Numbered from the stretch's first letter, positions 11,898 through 27,252 are shown. The stretch: 64,000 bases of DNA from Escherichia coli (GCF_017348835.2 NZ_CP071375.1), one strand, 5' to 3'. Numbers and translations are program-made. The notes: generated by a model from the sequence alone, not told the origin.

Positions 11898-13187
11898 TTA
11901 TTTGTCTGTTATATCCGCGTCTTCTGCGTCCAGCACCACTTCTTCAGGGCGCAGCACACTGATCAGTTTGAAAATCAAACTTAAGCCGATACCGACGATG
12001 GTCGCCAGCGCCATACCTTTCAACTCCGCCGCGCCGATGTTTACCTTCGCGCCACTGACGCCGATGATCAAAATCACGGAAGTCAGGATCAGGTTCTGTG
12101 CTTTGTTGTAATCCACTTTCGATTCGATCAAAACACGAATACCGGAAGCACCGATGACACCATAAAGCAGCAGCGAAACGCCGCCCATCACCGGCAATGG
12201 GATCATCTGGATAGCGGCAGCCAGTTTACCGACGCAGGAAAGCAGGATAGCGAAAATCGCCGCCCCGCCGATAACCCAAGTACTGTAAACACGGGTGATC
12301 GCCATCACGCCAATGTTTTCTCCGTAAGTGGTATTTGGCGTAGAGCCAAAGAAGCCGGAGATCACGGTCGACAGGCCGTTAGCAAACATCGAACGGTGCA
12401 AACCTGGATCGCGCAGCAGATCTTTTTTGACGATATTAGCCGTTACTACCAGGTGCCCTACGTGTTCGGCAATAACCACTAACGCCGCTGGCAGAATAGT
12501 CAGAATGGCAAACCACTCGAAGCGCGGCGTATAGAGGGTTGGCAGCGCAAACCAGTGAGCATTAATAATCGGCGTGGTATCGACAATTCCCATTGCGAAA
12601 GAGAGCGCGTACCCCACCAGCACGCCAATTAAAATCGGGATAATTGCCAGGAAACCACGGAACAGCACGGAACCTAAAACCGTGACCGCCAGGGTGGTAA
12701 TAGAGATGATGATGGTTTTGGAGTCTGGCGTTTGCCCTTCAGCCGGGAGTAAACCCGCCATACCGGCAGCTACGCCCGCCAGCTCCAGACCGATGACGGC
12801 AACGATTGCGCCCATTGCCGCAGGTGGAAACAGCACGTCCAGCCAGCCGGTCCCCGCTTTCTTCACGATAAAAGAAACCAGGCAGAACAGCACGCCGCAC
12901 ATAATAAAGCCGCCCAGCGCGACTTCATACCCTAACGGCAACAGTAACAATACCGGTGAAATAAAGGCAAAGCTGGAACCAAGATAAGCCGGAATTTTCC
13001 CTTTACAGATGAAGAGATACAGCAGCGTTCCAATACCGTTAAATAACAGTACAGTCGCCGGGTTAATATGAAATAAGACGGGCACCAGGACGGTTGCACC
13101 AAACATGGCGAACAAATGTTGCAAACTAAGCGGGATTGTCTGTAAAAGTGGCGGTCTTTCACTCACCCCGATAGCACGGCGCGTCAT
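11898..13187 (-). CDS. uraA: Uracil:proton symporter UraA (NCS2 family)
   Basis: Start chosen at [13 protein letters not shown]... (429 aa); polytopic membrane protein; synteny with upp. Confidence 0.9.
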   Translation of the reverse strand: MTRRAIGVSERPPLLQTIPLSLQHLFAMFGATVLVPVLFHINPATVLLFNGIGTLLYLFICKGKIPAYLGSSFAFISPVLLLLPLGYEVALGGFIMCGVLFCLVSFIVKKAGTGWLDVLFPPAAMGAIVAVIGLELAGVAAGMAGLLPAEGQTPDSKTIIISITTLAVTVLGSVLFRGFLAIIPILIGVLVGYALSFAMGIVDTTPIINAHWFALPTLYTPRFEWFAILTILPAALVVIAEHVGHLVVTANIVKKDLLRDPGLHRSMFANGLSTVISGFFGSTPNTTYGENIGVMAITRVYSTWVIGGAAIFAILLSCVGKLAAAIQMIPLPVMGGVSLLLYGVIGASGIRVLIESKVDYNKAQNLILTSVILIIGVSGAKVNIGAAELKGMALATIVGIGLSLIFKLISVLRPEEVVLDAEDADITDK

Positions 13188-13225
13188 AGTATTATCCTCT
13201 GTATTATGTGTTATAGGCGCTTTAC

Positions 13226-13258
13226 TCAAAAAAAAGCCGACTCTTAAAGTCGGCTTTA
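13226..13258 (-). terminator. Intercistronic hairpin / rho-independent terminator between upp and uraA
   Basis: Stem AAGCCGACT-CTTAA-AGTCGGCTT at 13233-13255, flanked by an A-run on the plus strand (a U-run on the minus-strand transcript). Confidence 0.6.
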
Positions 13259-13272
13259 ATTATTTTTATTCT

Positions 13273-13899
13273 TTATTTCGTACCAAAGATTTTGTCACCG
13301 GCATCGCCGAGGCCCGGAATAATGTATCCGTGCTCGTTCAGTCCCTGATCAATCGATGCGGTATACAGTTCGACGTCCGGGTGCGCTTTTTCCAGCGCAG
13401 CGATACCTTCTGGCGCAGCTACCAGCACCAGAACTTTGATGCTGCTGCAGCCCGCTTTTTTCAGCAGGTCGATGGTCGCGATAACGGAACCACCGGTTGC
13501 CAGCATTGGGTCAACGATCAGCGCCATACGCTCATCGATGTTAGAAACCAGTTTCTGGAAGTACGGTACCGGCTCCAGCGTTTCTTCATTACGGTACATA
13601 CCGACAACGCTGATGCGCGCGCTCGGAACGTTTTCCAGCACACCGTCCATCATACCAAGACCCGCACGCAGAATTGGCACAACGGTAATTTTCTTACCTT
13701 TGATCTGGTCGATTTCTACCGGGCCGTTCCAGCCTTCGATAGTTACTTTTTCCGTTTCGAGGTCGGCGGTCGCTTCGTAAGTCAGCAGGCTACCCACTTC
13801 GGAAGCGAGTTCGCGAAAGCGCTTGGTGCTGATATCTTGCTCACGCATCAGTCCCAACTTGTGTTTGACGAGTGGGTGTTTGACTTCCACGATCTTCAT
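13273..13899 (-). CDS. upp: Uracil phosphoribosyltransferase Upp
   Basis: Start at [14 protein letters not shown]... (208 aa); PRTase motifs. Confidence 0.9.
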
Positions 13900-14134
13900 A
13901 CTCTTTCTCCTTTGAGGGGCAGCCACAAAAAAAATCGACGGATTATACCTCCTTTCTTCAAGGCGGCAATATTATTTTCGTTGACTTTAGTCAAAATGAT
14001 AACGGTTTGAGATAAAGTTATTTTATATTCAAATGGTTATGAAAGAAGATTATTCCATCCGAAAACTAACCTTTGCCCTGGCACAAGTCTTCTTTCGCCG
14101 CGCGCCTGGGGAAAAGACGTGCAAAAAGGTTGTG

Positions 14135-14150
14135 TAAAGCAGTCTCGCAA
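14135..14150. promoter_or_regulatory. PurR operator (pur box) upstream of purMN
   Basis: TCGCAAACGTTTGCTT, a near-perfect palindrome matching the recalled pur-box consensus (GCAAACGTTTGC), about 75 bp upstream of the purM start. Confidence 0.75.
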
Positions 14151-14205
14151 ACGTTTGCTTTCCCTGTTAGAATTGCGCCGAATTTTATTTTTCTACCGCA
14201 AGTAA

Positions 14206-15260
<1,055 letters not shown>

Positions 15261-15261
<1 letters not shown>

Positions 15262-15899
15262 TGAATATTGTGGTGCTTATTTCCGGCAACGGAAGTAATT
15301 TACAGGCAATTATTGACGCCTGTAAAACCAACAAAATTAAAGGCACCGTACGGGCAGTTTTCAGCAATAAGGCCGACGCGTTCGGCCTTGAACGCGCCCG
15401 CCAGGCGGGTATTGCAACGCATACGCTCATCACCAGCGCGTTTGACAGTCGTGAAGCCTATGACCGGGAGTTGATTCATGAAATCGACATGTACGCACCC
15501 GATGTGGTCGTGCTGGCTGGTTTTATGCGCATTCTCAGCCCGGCGTTTGTCTCCCACTATGCCGGGCGTTTGCTGAACATTCACCCTTCTCTGCTGCCGA
15601 AATATCCCGGATTACACACCCATCGTCAGGCGCTGGAAAATGGCGATGAAGAGCACGGTACATCGGTGCATTTCGTCACCGATGAACTGGACGGTGGCCC
15701 GGTTATTTTACAGGCGAAAGTCCCGGTATTTGCTGGTGATACGGAAGATGACGTCACCGCCCGCGTGCAAACCCAGGAACACGCCATTTATCCACTGGTG
15801 ATTAGCTGGTTTGCCGATGGTCGTCTGAAAATGCACGAAAACGCCGCGTGGCTGGATGGTCAACGTCTGCCGCCGCGGGGCTACGCTGCCGACGAATAA
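15261..15899 (+). CDS. purN: Phosphoribosylglycinamide formyltransferase PurN
   Basis: 212-aa ORF; TAATG stop/start overlap with purM. Confidence 0.9.
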
Positions 15900-16070
15900 T
15901 GCCCCCGTAGTTAAAGCGCCAGCTCTGCCGCTGGCGTTTTTCAATTCACCTGTAAATCGCAAGCTCCAGCAGTTTTTTTCCCCCTTTTCTGGCATAGTTG
16001 GACATCTGCCAATATTGCTCGCCATAATATCCAGGCAGTGTCCCGTGAATAAAACGGAGTAAAAGTGGTA

Positions 16071-19683
<3,613 letters not shown>

Positions 19684-19721
19684 TGCTTTGCGGGCCGACG
19701 AGAAATGTCGACCCGCATTAT

Positions 19722-21965
19722 TCAGGCACTTTCGCGAATGGGTTCGATTTCATTCAGCGTATCAATTAACGGTTGCGGCTTACCAATAAGATAACCCTGC
19801 ATATAATCGATCCCCAAAGAGAGCACTGCCTCGCGGATCTCTTCGTTTTCAACGTACTCTGCCACTACCAGCATTTTCTTCATTCGCGCCAGGTGGCAAA
19901 TCGATGCCACTATCTGATAATCCAGACTATTTGACACAATATTGCGGATAAAACTGCCGTCAATTTTAAGCAGATCGGCATTCACATTTTTAAGCCGCGC
20001 ATAGCTGGCGTAGCCGGTGCCGAAATCATCAATCGCAATCTGGCAGCCTAATTCCTGAAGATGCTGCAAGGTGATTTGCGCCTGCTTAACATTGGTCAGA
20101 GCATTACTTTCGGTGACTTCAAAAATAAGTTGCCACGCTTCAATCTGATATTTAGCCAGCAACTGACTGACTTCAACAGGAAAACGAGCCTGACATACCG
20201 AGGTTGGAGACAGATTAATAGCAAAACGGTGAGCGGGCATCTTCGCTCTGTTTTCAGCCATAAATTGCAGCGTATGCTCAATGACCCACATGTCGATACT
20301 CGACGATAAACCAAATTCGTGCGCGACCGGCAAGAAGCTATCGGGGCTGATCAGTTCATCATTCTCACCTTTCATGCGCAGAAGAATTTCATGGTAAACA
20401 TCACCACGCATACCGGTAATTGGCTGGGCCATCAGGAAAAAATGGTTGTGTTCCAGCGCCTGCTGTAGTCGATTCATCATCGCGACTTTATCTTTCAATT
20501 CGCGTTGCAAATACATTGCCCCGCGACGCTGCATATTTTCCGGGGCGTTGGTCACGATGGAAAGTTCGGCGACCGTATTTAGCTCTCCCAGCAGCAGGTA
20601 GATATAATTCACTGGCGAGCGCACATAGCAGTAACTGACGCCAATCTGCGGTTGCATCGGCATGCCATCCCAAAAGAAACGAAATTGCTTGAGATGGCTA
20701 TCCAGTGCGGTAATGCGCTCCTGGTGCGATTCTGTATTCAGTCGCAGCGCGAGATCGTTACCCGAAAGCTGATAAACATCTTCACCCGGTTCCAGCAATG
20801 GTGACAGCCAGTGAGAAAGTTTTTGCTTGTATTGAATCCGCAGCATGATGCCATAGTTTTTAACCAGCATTTCCATGCCAGGGATGCGTAAATAACAAAG
20901 CGCAGACCAGGGGGCATCACGCAACGCGCGATTCAGGGCGCGAACATTTGGCAGATGAACCACCGGGTCCACATACGCAAGCCGCTGAATGCGTCTGACT
21001 ACCGTTCTCTGACGGGTTGCCAGTACAGCCATATAATTGACAATAAAAGAGAATACCAGATAACTGGAGGAGGTTATGGTCAGCTGCGTGGTATAGCCGG
21101 GATAAATGGGAATGTAATTTTGATAGCTGTGGATGCTGATCATCAACACGACCGCCCAGAGCAGTGAAATCAGCTTATAACCATAGCGCATCGCTCCCCA
21201 CATCATCAGGGGCAGCAATAATGACAAGGTATAATTGGTGCTAAAAATTGTGCTTTTTTCATTTAACGGCATGCATAACAGCAACAGTAAAGCACCTAAT
21301 GCCAGTAGCCAGAGTGCGAACTCTTTTTTGGTGACTTTGACATCAACCTGCTGTTTTAATTGCGAATAATAACTACGTAAATAAAACGGATTTCGAACTA
21401 CCCGAATGATGAAGTAGCACAGCGGGACACCAATCAGATTGCCCACCAGTAAGGCCTGATAATTGATTAAAGTCCCGAGGTTAAAAGGCATGACACCGAC
21501 CAGATTTTCTCTGCTCGCCAGTAATCCTACAAATGCAGCAAACTGGAAAAGTATCAGAAACAGCGTTGCAGGAAACACAATCTGCCAGAATATACGCTGG
21601 GAAATTAAACGGGTATCACCATGTGAAACGTTGTTACGCCGGGGAGTAAAGACCCTGTAACCGCCCCAACAGAGAATGATAATGATGATAAAATTAGCCG
21701 TTAATGAGAGCGTTTCGTAAAAACCCAGCTCTGCATATTTGCGGACAAAAATCCCTAAGGCGATCCCTGGCAATGCCGCCCAGCTGAAAAACATCATCAT
21801 GCTGATCATCAGTGCCAAAGGCAGATAAAAGAGAAAAACCTCACCGGAAGAAATATGCGCGAAAGTATTAATGTGGGCGAAAATAGGCAAGATTAAAGAA
21901 GGCAGGAACAGCGGAAGCCCCCACCATTTATCACGTATTTTTATATAAGTTGCATTCAGTTTCAT
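19722..21965 (-). CDS. pdeF: Cyclic-di-GMP phosphodiesterase PdeF (YfgF), membrane MASE1-GGDEF(degenerate)-EAL protein
   Basis: 747-aa ORF with hydrophobic N-terminal half and a C-terminal EAL-type domain; synteny. Confidence 0.85.
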   Translation of the reverse strand: MKLNATYIKIRDKWWGLPLFLPSLILPIFAHINTFAHISSGEVFLFYLPLALMISMMMFFSWAALPGIALGIFVRKYAELGFYETLSLTANFIIIIILCWGGYRVFTPRRNNVSHGDTRLISQRIFWQIVFPATLFLILFQFAAFVGLLASRENLVGVMPFNLGTLINYQALLVGNLIGVPLCYFIIRVVRNPFYLRSYYSQLKQQVDVKVTKKEFALWLLALGALLLLLCMPLNEKSTIFSTNYTLSLLLPLMMWGAMRYGYKLISLLWAVVLMISIHSYQNYIPIYPGYTTQLTITSSSYLVFSFIVNYMAVLATRQRTVVRRIQRLAYVDPVVHLPNVRALNRALRDAPWSALCYLRIPGMEMLVKNYGIMLRIQYKQKLSHWLSPLLEPGEDVYQLSGNDLALRLNTESHQERITALDSHLKQFRFFWDGMPMQPQIGVSYCYVRSPVNYIYLLLGELNTVAELSIVTNAPENMQRRGAMYLQRELKDKVAMMNRLQQALEHNHFFLMAQPITGMRGDVYHEILLRMKGENDELISPDSFLPVAHEFGLSSSIDMWVIEHTLQFMAENRAKMPAHRFAINLSPTSVCQARFPVEVSQLLAKYQIEAWQLIFEVTESNALTNVKQAQITLQHLQELGCQIAIDDFGTGYASYARLKNVNADLLKIDGSFIRNIVSNSLDYQIVASICHLARMKKMLVVAEYVENEEIREAVLSLGIDYMQGYLIGKPQPLIDTLNEIEPIRESA

Positions 21966-22316
21966 AGATGCTCAGCAGAATCCCCCACATCCTGAAGGAG
22001 GTGTATTCAGACAGGCATCCCACCTGACTTCGAATGATGATTATTCATCACTATAGAGAGCATTGATTCTAAGTGTCATATGAAAGTTCCAATTGATATA
22101 TATCAAACAAAATAACCCTGATTAATGAATTATTACGTTTATCATGTTAATTCATCATTATTACATCATCATTGTAAATAATTAAATTAACTTCCATAAC
22201 ATTAAAATATGTATCCACTGACGCTTTTTTACATAACGAAGAATTGACCATTTTGTCCTGTTGTGCCTTAATGTAAGTACCGTCCACAGCGTGGGACATA
22301 CTTCAAGGAACCTTTT

Positions 22317-22508
22317 GTGAGTCAGGCAACCAGTATGCGAAAACGACACCGATTTAACAGTCGCATGACCCGTATCGTACTGCTCATCAGCTTTATCTTC
22401 TTCTTTGGCCGTTTTATCTACTCGTCCGTCGGTGCCTGGCAGCACCATCAGAGCAAAAAAGAAGCTCAGCAATCCACACTCTCCGTCGAATCACCGGTAC
22501 AACGTTAG
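22317..22508 (+). CDS. yfgG: Small membrane protein YfgG
   Basis: 63-aa ORF (MSQATSMRKRHRFNSRMTRIVLLISFIFFFGRF...) at the K-12 position after pdeF. Confidence 0.7.
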   Translation: MSQATSMRKRHRFNSRMTRIVLLISFIFFFGRFIYSSVGAWQHHQSKKEAQQSTLSVESPVQR

Positions 22509-22601
22509 CGGTTACCTTCTCCACTTTCACAGAACATAACGGCACTTTGAACCGCCCCGGAAATCCTGGAGACTAAACTCCCTGAGAAAGAGGTAAACAG
22601 G

Positions 22602-22928
22602 ATGACTAAAAATACTCGTTTTTCCCCCGAAGTCCGTCAGCGGGCGATTCGTATGGTTCTGGAAAGTCAGGATGAATATGACTCACAGTGGGCGGCAATT
22701 TGTTCCATTGCCCCAAAGATTGGCTGTACGCCGGAGACTCTGCGTGTCTGGGTTCGCCAGCATGAGCGGGATACCGGGAGTGGTGATGGTGGACTCACCA
22801 CCGCTGAACGTCAGCGTCTGAAAGAGCTGGAACGTGAAAATCGTGAACTGCGCCGCAGTAACGATATCCTTCGCCAGGCTTCCGCTTATTTTGCGAAGGC
22901 GGAGTTCGACCGCCTCTGGAAAAAATAA
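22602..22928 (+). CDS. IS3-family transposase OrfA (HTH)
   Basis: 108-aa [25 protein letters not shown]... with a C-terminal leucine-zipper-like segment; ends in an A-rich stretch overlapping the orfB ATG. Confidence 0.85.
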   Translation: MTKNTRFSPEVRQRAIRMVLESQDEYDSQWAAICSIAPKIGCTPETLRVWVRQHERDTGSGDGGLTTAERQRLKELERENRELRRSNDILRQASAYFAKAEFDRLWKK

Positions 22929-23815
22929 TGCCACTGCTGGATAAGCTGCGTGAGCAGTACGGGGTCGGACCGGTATGCAGCGAACTGCATATTGCCCCGT
23001 CAACGTATTACCATTGTCAGCAACAGCGACATCATCCGGATAAACGCAGTGCCCGTGCGCAGCACGATGACTGGCTGAAGAAAGAGATACAGCGCGTATA
23101 CGATGAAAATCACCAGGTATACGGTGTGCGTAAAGTCTGGCGTCAGTTGTTACGGGAAGGTATCAGAGTGGCCAGATGCACTGTGGCACGTCTCATGGCA
23201 GTTATGGGACTTGCCGGTGTTCTCCGGGGTAAAAAGGTCCGCACTACCGTCAGCCGGAAAGCCGTTGCCGCATGCGACCGCGTAAACCGTCAGTTCGTGG
23301 CAGAACGTCCAGACCAGTTGTGGGTGGCTGATTTTACCTGGGTAAGCACATGGCAGGGCTTCGTTTATGTGGCGTTCATCATTGATGTGTTCGCCGGATA
23401 CATCGTGGGATGGCAGGTCTCATCATCCATGGAAACAACATTCGTGCTGGATGCACTGGAGCAGGCGTTGTGGGCCCGTCGGCCGTCCGGCACAATCCAT
23501 CACAGTGATAAAGGTTCTCAGTATGTATCGCTGGCCTACACGCAGCGGCTTAAGGAAGCCGGATTACTGGCATCAACAGGGAGTACTGGCGACTCGTATG
23601 ACAACGCGATGGCTGAGAGCATCAATGGTCTTTACAAAGCGGAGGTAATACACCGTAAGAGCTGGAAAAACCGGACAGAAGTGGAACTGGCCACACTAAC
23701 GTGGGTGGACTGGTATAACAATCGACGATTGCTGGAAAGGCTGGGCCATATTCCTCCGGCAGAAGCAGAAAAAGCTTATTATGCTTCCATCGGAAATAAT
23801 GATCTGGCAGCCTGA
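22928..23815 (+). CDS. IS3-family transposase OrfB (DDE integrase core), probably expressed as an OrfAB fusion by -1 frameshifting
   Basis: 295-aa ORF with an rve-type DDE catalytic region (…HSDKGSQYVS…DNAMAES…). Confidence 0.85.
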   Translation: MPLLDKLREQYGVGPVCSELHIAPSTYYHCQQQRHHPDKRSARAQHDDWLKKEIQRVYDENHQVYGVRKVWRQLLREGIRVARCTVARLMAVMGLAGVLRGKKVRTTVSRKAVAACDRVNRQFVAERPDQLWVADFTWVSTWQGFVYVAFIIDVFAGYIVGWQVSSSMETTFVLDALEQALWARRPSGTIHHSDKGSQYVSLAYTQRLKEAGLLASTGSTGDSYDNAMAESINGLYKAEVIHRKSWKNRTEVELATLTWVDWYNNRRLLERLGHIPPAEAEKAYYASIGNNDLAA

Positions 23816-24045
23816 GTTCACAGATAAAACACTCTCCAGGAAACCCGGGGCGGTTCAAACTCGTACAGTGGCGTACCACTGGGGTCCATTCCTTCAAGTC
23901 TCAGGGAAGCCTCTGCTTTGCGGAAGCCCTCAATGCGTAACCGTGTATAGGGAGTCCTAGACATGTTTTTCCTTTGAGTTGCAGGAGTGAGGTTCGCTCA
24001 GTGAAAGCGTCAGCTCACGCAACCTCGTTAACTGACGCGCGTGAT

Positions 24046-25446
24046 TCAAGATTTATTATTACCCGATAAGCTATCACCGGCAAAATCATCATGTTCGCGG
24101 TTATCCCGACGAGTAGCTGTTTGTTTACTTATCTGAGTCGCCAACTCCTCTCCAATAGTTTGTTGGGCACGAGAAGAACTGCTACTTCGCTTCATTCTCT
24201 GGTACTCAGCAGCTCCGTTAGCCATGCTGCTTCCCATATGGCTTGCCATGCGGCCAGCACGCGAGAATGAAGCAAACCCCTGACTTCCTCCACTGGCGCT
24301 ACCTGAACTGCTCCCTGCAGACGAACCACTGTAACCGCCTGAGGTTTGGCCTCCAGAAGTATCTACAGAACCGGTATCTTCCCCGCCGCCAAATCCTCCA
24401 CCGGAACCGCCTCCGCTGCCTGAACCAGATTCTTCGTCCATGGCAGCTTGCGCAGACTCGAATGCTGCCTTTAATGCTGAAGCTCCGCCGCTGACTTGAG
24501 CTGATGCCCCCATTGCCATTGCTCCAGCACCGCTGATGGCAGTAGCGGCTGCGCCGGTAATCATACCCGCCCCAAATCCACCAATCCCTTGTAAAGAAGC
24601 CCCTCCTACAACACCTGATAACAACAGTGGTAGCTTATTAGTTAATACTAACAGGATAATTGACGCCAGAAGCAAAACTATAAGACTATTAAGATCAGGA
24701 ACATCATCTTTAATAAGAGAAAAATATTGATCTATAAATGATTGTCCAATCCCAATAATTAATGTCATCGTGAATAATTGAATGCCAATCGATAAAACAG
24801 TTCGTAAGTAATTAATTGCTATATCAGAGGTCCATTTCGAACCACCAAACCCAAGCAATATAACTCCTGCATAACATAACACCCATGCAGAAACCAACAT
24901 GATTAGCATATTTATCGCTATAAGGGACATCACTACCAAAACGATTATCGCGACTGTTATCATAATGGTGGATATCATTGGCGACCAAATTGATGCGGCT
25001 GAACTGATCTTGGTTAATATCGCAAACGCCATATCAACTATGCTTGAGGGAGAAATACCAATACTTATTTCTAAAGCGTTTGCTGCAAGTTGTCTCATTG
25101 AATTAATTATGGATTGCGATATGGATGGACCGTTGATTAAAAGATAATAAAAAAAACCAATGACGGCAAAAAAGCGAACTATTTCAGCAAGTACCCCTGT
25201 CAACCCTTCCCCTTGCATCGCCATCATACCAAATGTCCAAACCATACTTATTAATACCAGCCCCCAGAAGAGCCAATTTGCATAGTCAGCAATTACTGCT
25301 GTCCATGTACTGGCTACTTGTTGAAACTTATCTAATAAAGTATCAAGTAGCCCGCTACTATCTAATTGACCAGCATAGGCATTAATAGAAAAGAAAAGTA
25401 TGATACCTAAAAAGGTGAGCTTACTTACTATTTTCATGATTACCAT
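24046..25446 (-). CDS. TrbL/VirB6-like type IV secretion membrane protein with a Gly/Ser-rich C-terminal tail
   Basis: 466-aa ORF with signal peptide, multiple TM segments and a low-complexity GSGSGGGSGGG tail as in P-type TrbL; gene order trbJ-trbK-trbL. Confidence 0.65.
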   Translation of the reverse strand: MVIMKIVSKLTFLGIILFFSINAYAGQLDSSGLLDTLLDKFQQVASTWTAVIADYANWLFWGLVLISMVWTFGMMAMQGEGLTGVLAEIVRFFAVIGFFYYLLINGPSISQSIINSMRQLAANALEISIGISPSSIVDMAFAILTKISSAASIWSPMISTIMITVAIIVLVVMSLIAINMLIMLVSAWVLCYAGVILLGFGGSKWTSDIAINYLRTVLSIGIQLFTMTLIIGIGQSFIDQYFSLIKDDVPDLNSLIVLLLASIILLVLTNKLPLLLSGVVGGASLQGIGGFGAGMITGAAATAISGAGAMAMGASAQVSGGASALKAAFESAQAAMDEESGSGSGGGSGGGFGGGEDTGSVDTSGGQTSGGYSGSSAGSSSGSASGGSQGFASFSRAGRMASHMGSSMANGAAEYQRMKRSSSSSRAQQTIGEELATQISKQTATRRDNREHDDFAGDSLSGNNKS

Positions 25447-25631
25447 TCTCGTTTAGGGCTTGGTTTATTATTACTCCGTAGAGCACATTTATCGTATTTA
25501 TGTTCATCAAATTTATTATCTGGCATCGATAAACAATCTTTATCATTTTTATCGCAAGAACATATGGCCAATAAACTGATCAGAATAAATACAATCAAAA
25601 AATTATCTTTCATTCTGCGTTTCCTCACCAA
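25440..25631 (-). CDS. Small lipoprotein, TrbK-like (candidate entry-exclusion protein)
   Basis: 63-aa ORF with a signal peptide, an imperfect lipobox-like LAICSC segment and a Lys/Asp/Cys-rich mature part; sits between the trbJ-like and trbL-like genes as TrbK does in IncP plasmids. Confidence 0.45.
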   Translation of the reverse strand: MVRKRRMKDNFLIVFILISLLAICSCDKNDKDCLSMPDNKFDEHKYDKCALRSNNKPSPKREW

Positions 25632-26419
25632 ATTCGCTTCGGGCTTGGTGTATTCTCTCCAGCTAACGCTTTTTCATCAGCGGCTATCTGTTGTGATTCT
25701 TTATCTGCCTGAGCCTGTGCCAGTGTTGCTGCAGCGTTTTGTTGGGCTACCAGAAGTGAGCGGATTTGCAGTAACTGATTTGTCTGTGCACTGGCAAGCT
25801 GGTTTGCCGCCTGAATAGCTTCCATTTGCCCTTGTGCGCCGCTTGCCTGAGTTTGTAATTCGGCAAGATTATCAGCATCGCTCTGCAGGGTGTTCTGCTG
25901 CTCGTCAATTACCTTAAATACTGCGTCATTGGCCTTTTTACGCGCCCCTGAGCTATTCTGTTCAGCTTCACGCAGTGCACTAATTTCAGACGCGGTACAT
26001 TCAACATTGCTGTTAAAGCAAGACGATGTCCTGTAGTAGTTAACATCCTGATAGCGTTTCAGGTACGCATCGAGACTCCCGGCCTGATTCTTGTAGTAAT
26101 TAAGGGTATCCTGCACCTGCAACAATTTATTAATTGTTGAATTTGCCTGGTCCCAGATATAGGCCGCAGGAGCTACGGTGTTCTGCAGCATGTTTTCATA
26201 CTGCTGCAGCTGCGTCTGGTACTGCTGGATTTGTTTAGTCACAGCCTGAACGTTGTTAACTGCGCTGATTGTGGTCTGAACCACATTAGTGCCATCAATA
26301 ACGGGAATTCCGGCCTTCACCGGTAATGCCATGACGGACGCCACGAAAGGAACTATTAAAGCTTTTTTAGCGGCTAAAATCCCTCTTTGTGATGAAACCA
26401 CTCGGAACTTTAAATTCAT
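25625..26419 (-). CDS. TrbJ/VirB5-like type IV secretion protein
   Basis: 264-aa ORF with signal peptide and Gln/Ala-rich coiled-coil-type sequence; GAGGTGA Shine-Dalgarno 5 nt upstream of the ATG at 26419. Confidence 0.6.
   Translation of the reverse strand: MNLKFRVVSSQRGILAAKKALIVPFVASVMALPVKAGIPVIDGTNVVQTTISAVNNVQAVTKQIQQYQTQLQQYENMLQNTVAPAAYIWDQANSTINKLLQVQDTLNYYKNQAGSLDAYLKRYQDVNYYRTSSCFNSNVECTASEISALREAEQNSSGARKKANDAVFKVIDEQQNTLQSDADNLAELQTQASGAQGQMEAIQAANQLASAQTNQLLQIRSLLVAQQNAAATLAQAQADKESQQIAADEKALAGENTPSPKRIW
26366..26378. promoter_or_regulatory. 13-bp palindrome TTTAGCGGCTAAA (KorB operator-like), copy 1, inside the 5' end of the trbJ-like gene
   Basis: Exact perfect palindrome; matches the IncP KorB operator consensus TTTAGCSGCTAAA as recalled. 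Confidence 0.5.
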
Positions 26420-26499
26420 TTGCTCACCTCTTTTTCAACAGATTAGTAATATTTAACACTCTGTCTGTTAACAGACGCAGGTATATAGGAAACCACACA

Positions 26500-26865
26500 T
26501 TATTTATCCAAGATTTTATCCATAATGTTCCTTAGTTCTTGCCGAGTTGATTCTATTTTCGCAAGCAAGGTTCTTATCAGTGTGGGTGAAAAATCAACTG
26601 TTCGAGGATCATTTGCGAGCCATAATTTAAGTAATCCGCCAAGTCTTCCAAGATCAGCATTTACTCGGCTAAGTTCATTAACCTGTTTTATATCTACGAT
26701 AGAATCAACCTGATAACCCATTGCAACTCTACGAACAAAACAGGCAACACTTAATCCAGATGCTTCTGCATTTTCTTGGATGAGAATTTTTTCTTCGGGT
26801 AAACAATAAACTTTTATTGGCGTACTATTTTTTCTAGTCTGAGTAACTTTCATATAGCTCTCCAT
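26500..26865 (-). CDS. MobC-like relaxosome accessory protein (ribbon-helix-helix-type)
   Basis: 121-aa ORF; the segment VYCLPEEKILIQENAEASGLSVACFVRRVAMG and the following DLGRLGGLL fit the MobC-family pattern recalled from memory. Confidence 0.45.
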   Translation of the reverse strand: MESYMKVTQTRKNSTPIKVYCLPEEKILIQENAEASGLSVACFVRRVAMGYQVDSIVDIKQVNELSRVNADLGRLGGLLKLWLANDPRTVDFSPTLIRTLLAKIESTRQELRNIMDKILDK

Positions 26866-27252
26866 ACAGGCGGTAGCCTGGCAGCCTCGCAGAGCAGGAC
26901 GCCCTTGAGCCGCGATGCGGCGAATAGGGAGTGGTAAAGTTGGAACACCGTAGCGGTGGGCCCACTTTACATGTCCTGCCCTGCAGTTGCCGTTGTATAT
27001 CTGTGCACGACAATGTGTATTTCAGTGTACAGGATGTGTTTTCTTAGCGTATTAATATAGGATTACTGGAGTAAATTTCTGCAGCAAATGTGTTTTTTGC
27101 AAGGAAACTATATTTCTCCCTTTTGAAAATGACCTTTAGTAGTTATAAATGGACGTCCACCAACTGTATTTATGTTTCGATATATTGTAAGAAGTCTTTC
27201 ATTTTCCGATGCACTTTTTTACTTACCTTGTCAGAGCATGTGCATTGCAGAT

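Larger units (their letters stand above)
22548..23857 (+). mobile_element. IS3-family insertion sequence, 1310 bp (IS629/IS1203/IS3411-like by recollection)
   Basis: Imperfect ~25-bp terminal inverted repeats (left TGAACCGCCCCGGAAATCCTGGAGA; right end reverse complement TGAACCGCCCCGGGTTTCCTGGAGA) enclose overlapping orfA/orfB. The flanking 3-4 bp differ (CTT versus AAC), so no target-site duplication is apparent. Confidence 0.85.

Noticed and set aside
11413-12111. 232-aa plus-strand ORF spanning the hda/uraA region
   Set aside because: Overlaps two convergently oriented known genes in antisense; low-complexity translation; no start signals.
13105-14010. 301-aa plus-strand ORF antisense to upp
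   Set aside because: Antisense to uracil phosphoribosyltransferase; no support.
22548-23857. Calling the insertion sequence specifically IS3 of K-12
   Set aside because: The OrfA N-terminus ([13 protein letters not shown]...) and the 1310-bp length fit the IS629/IS1203/IS3411 group better than IS3 itself as I recall them; only a family-level call is made.
23858-24045. Possible gene remnant or att site between the IS right end and the trbL-like stop
   Set aside because: Too short and without any recognisable motif or repeat of the guaA 3' end; cannot be assigned.
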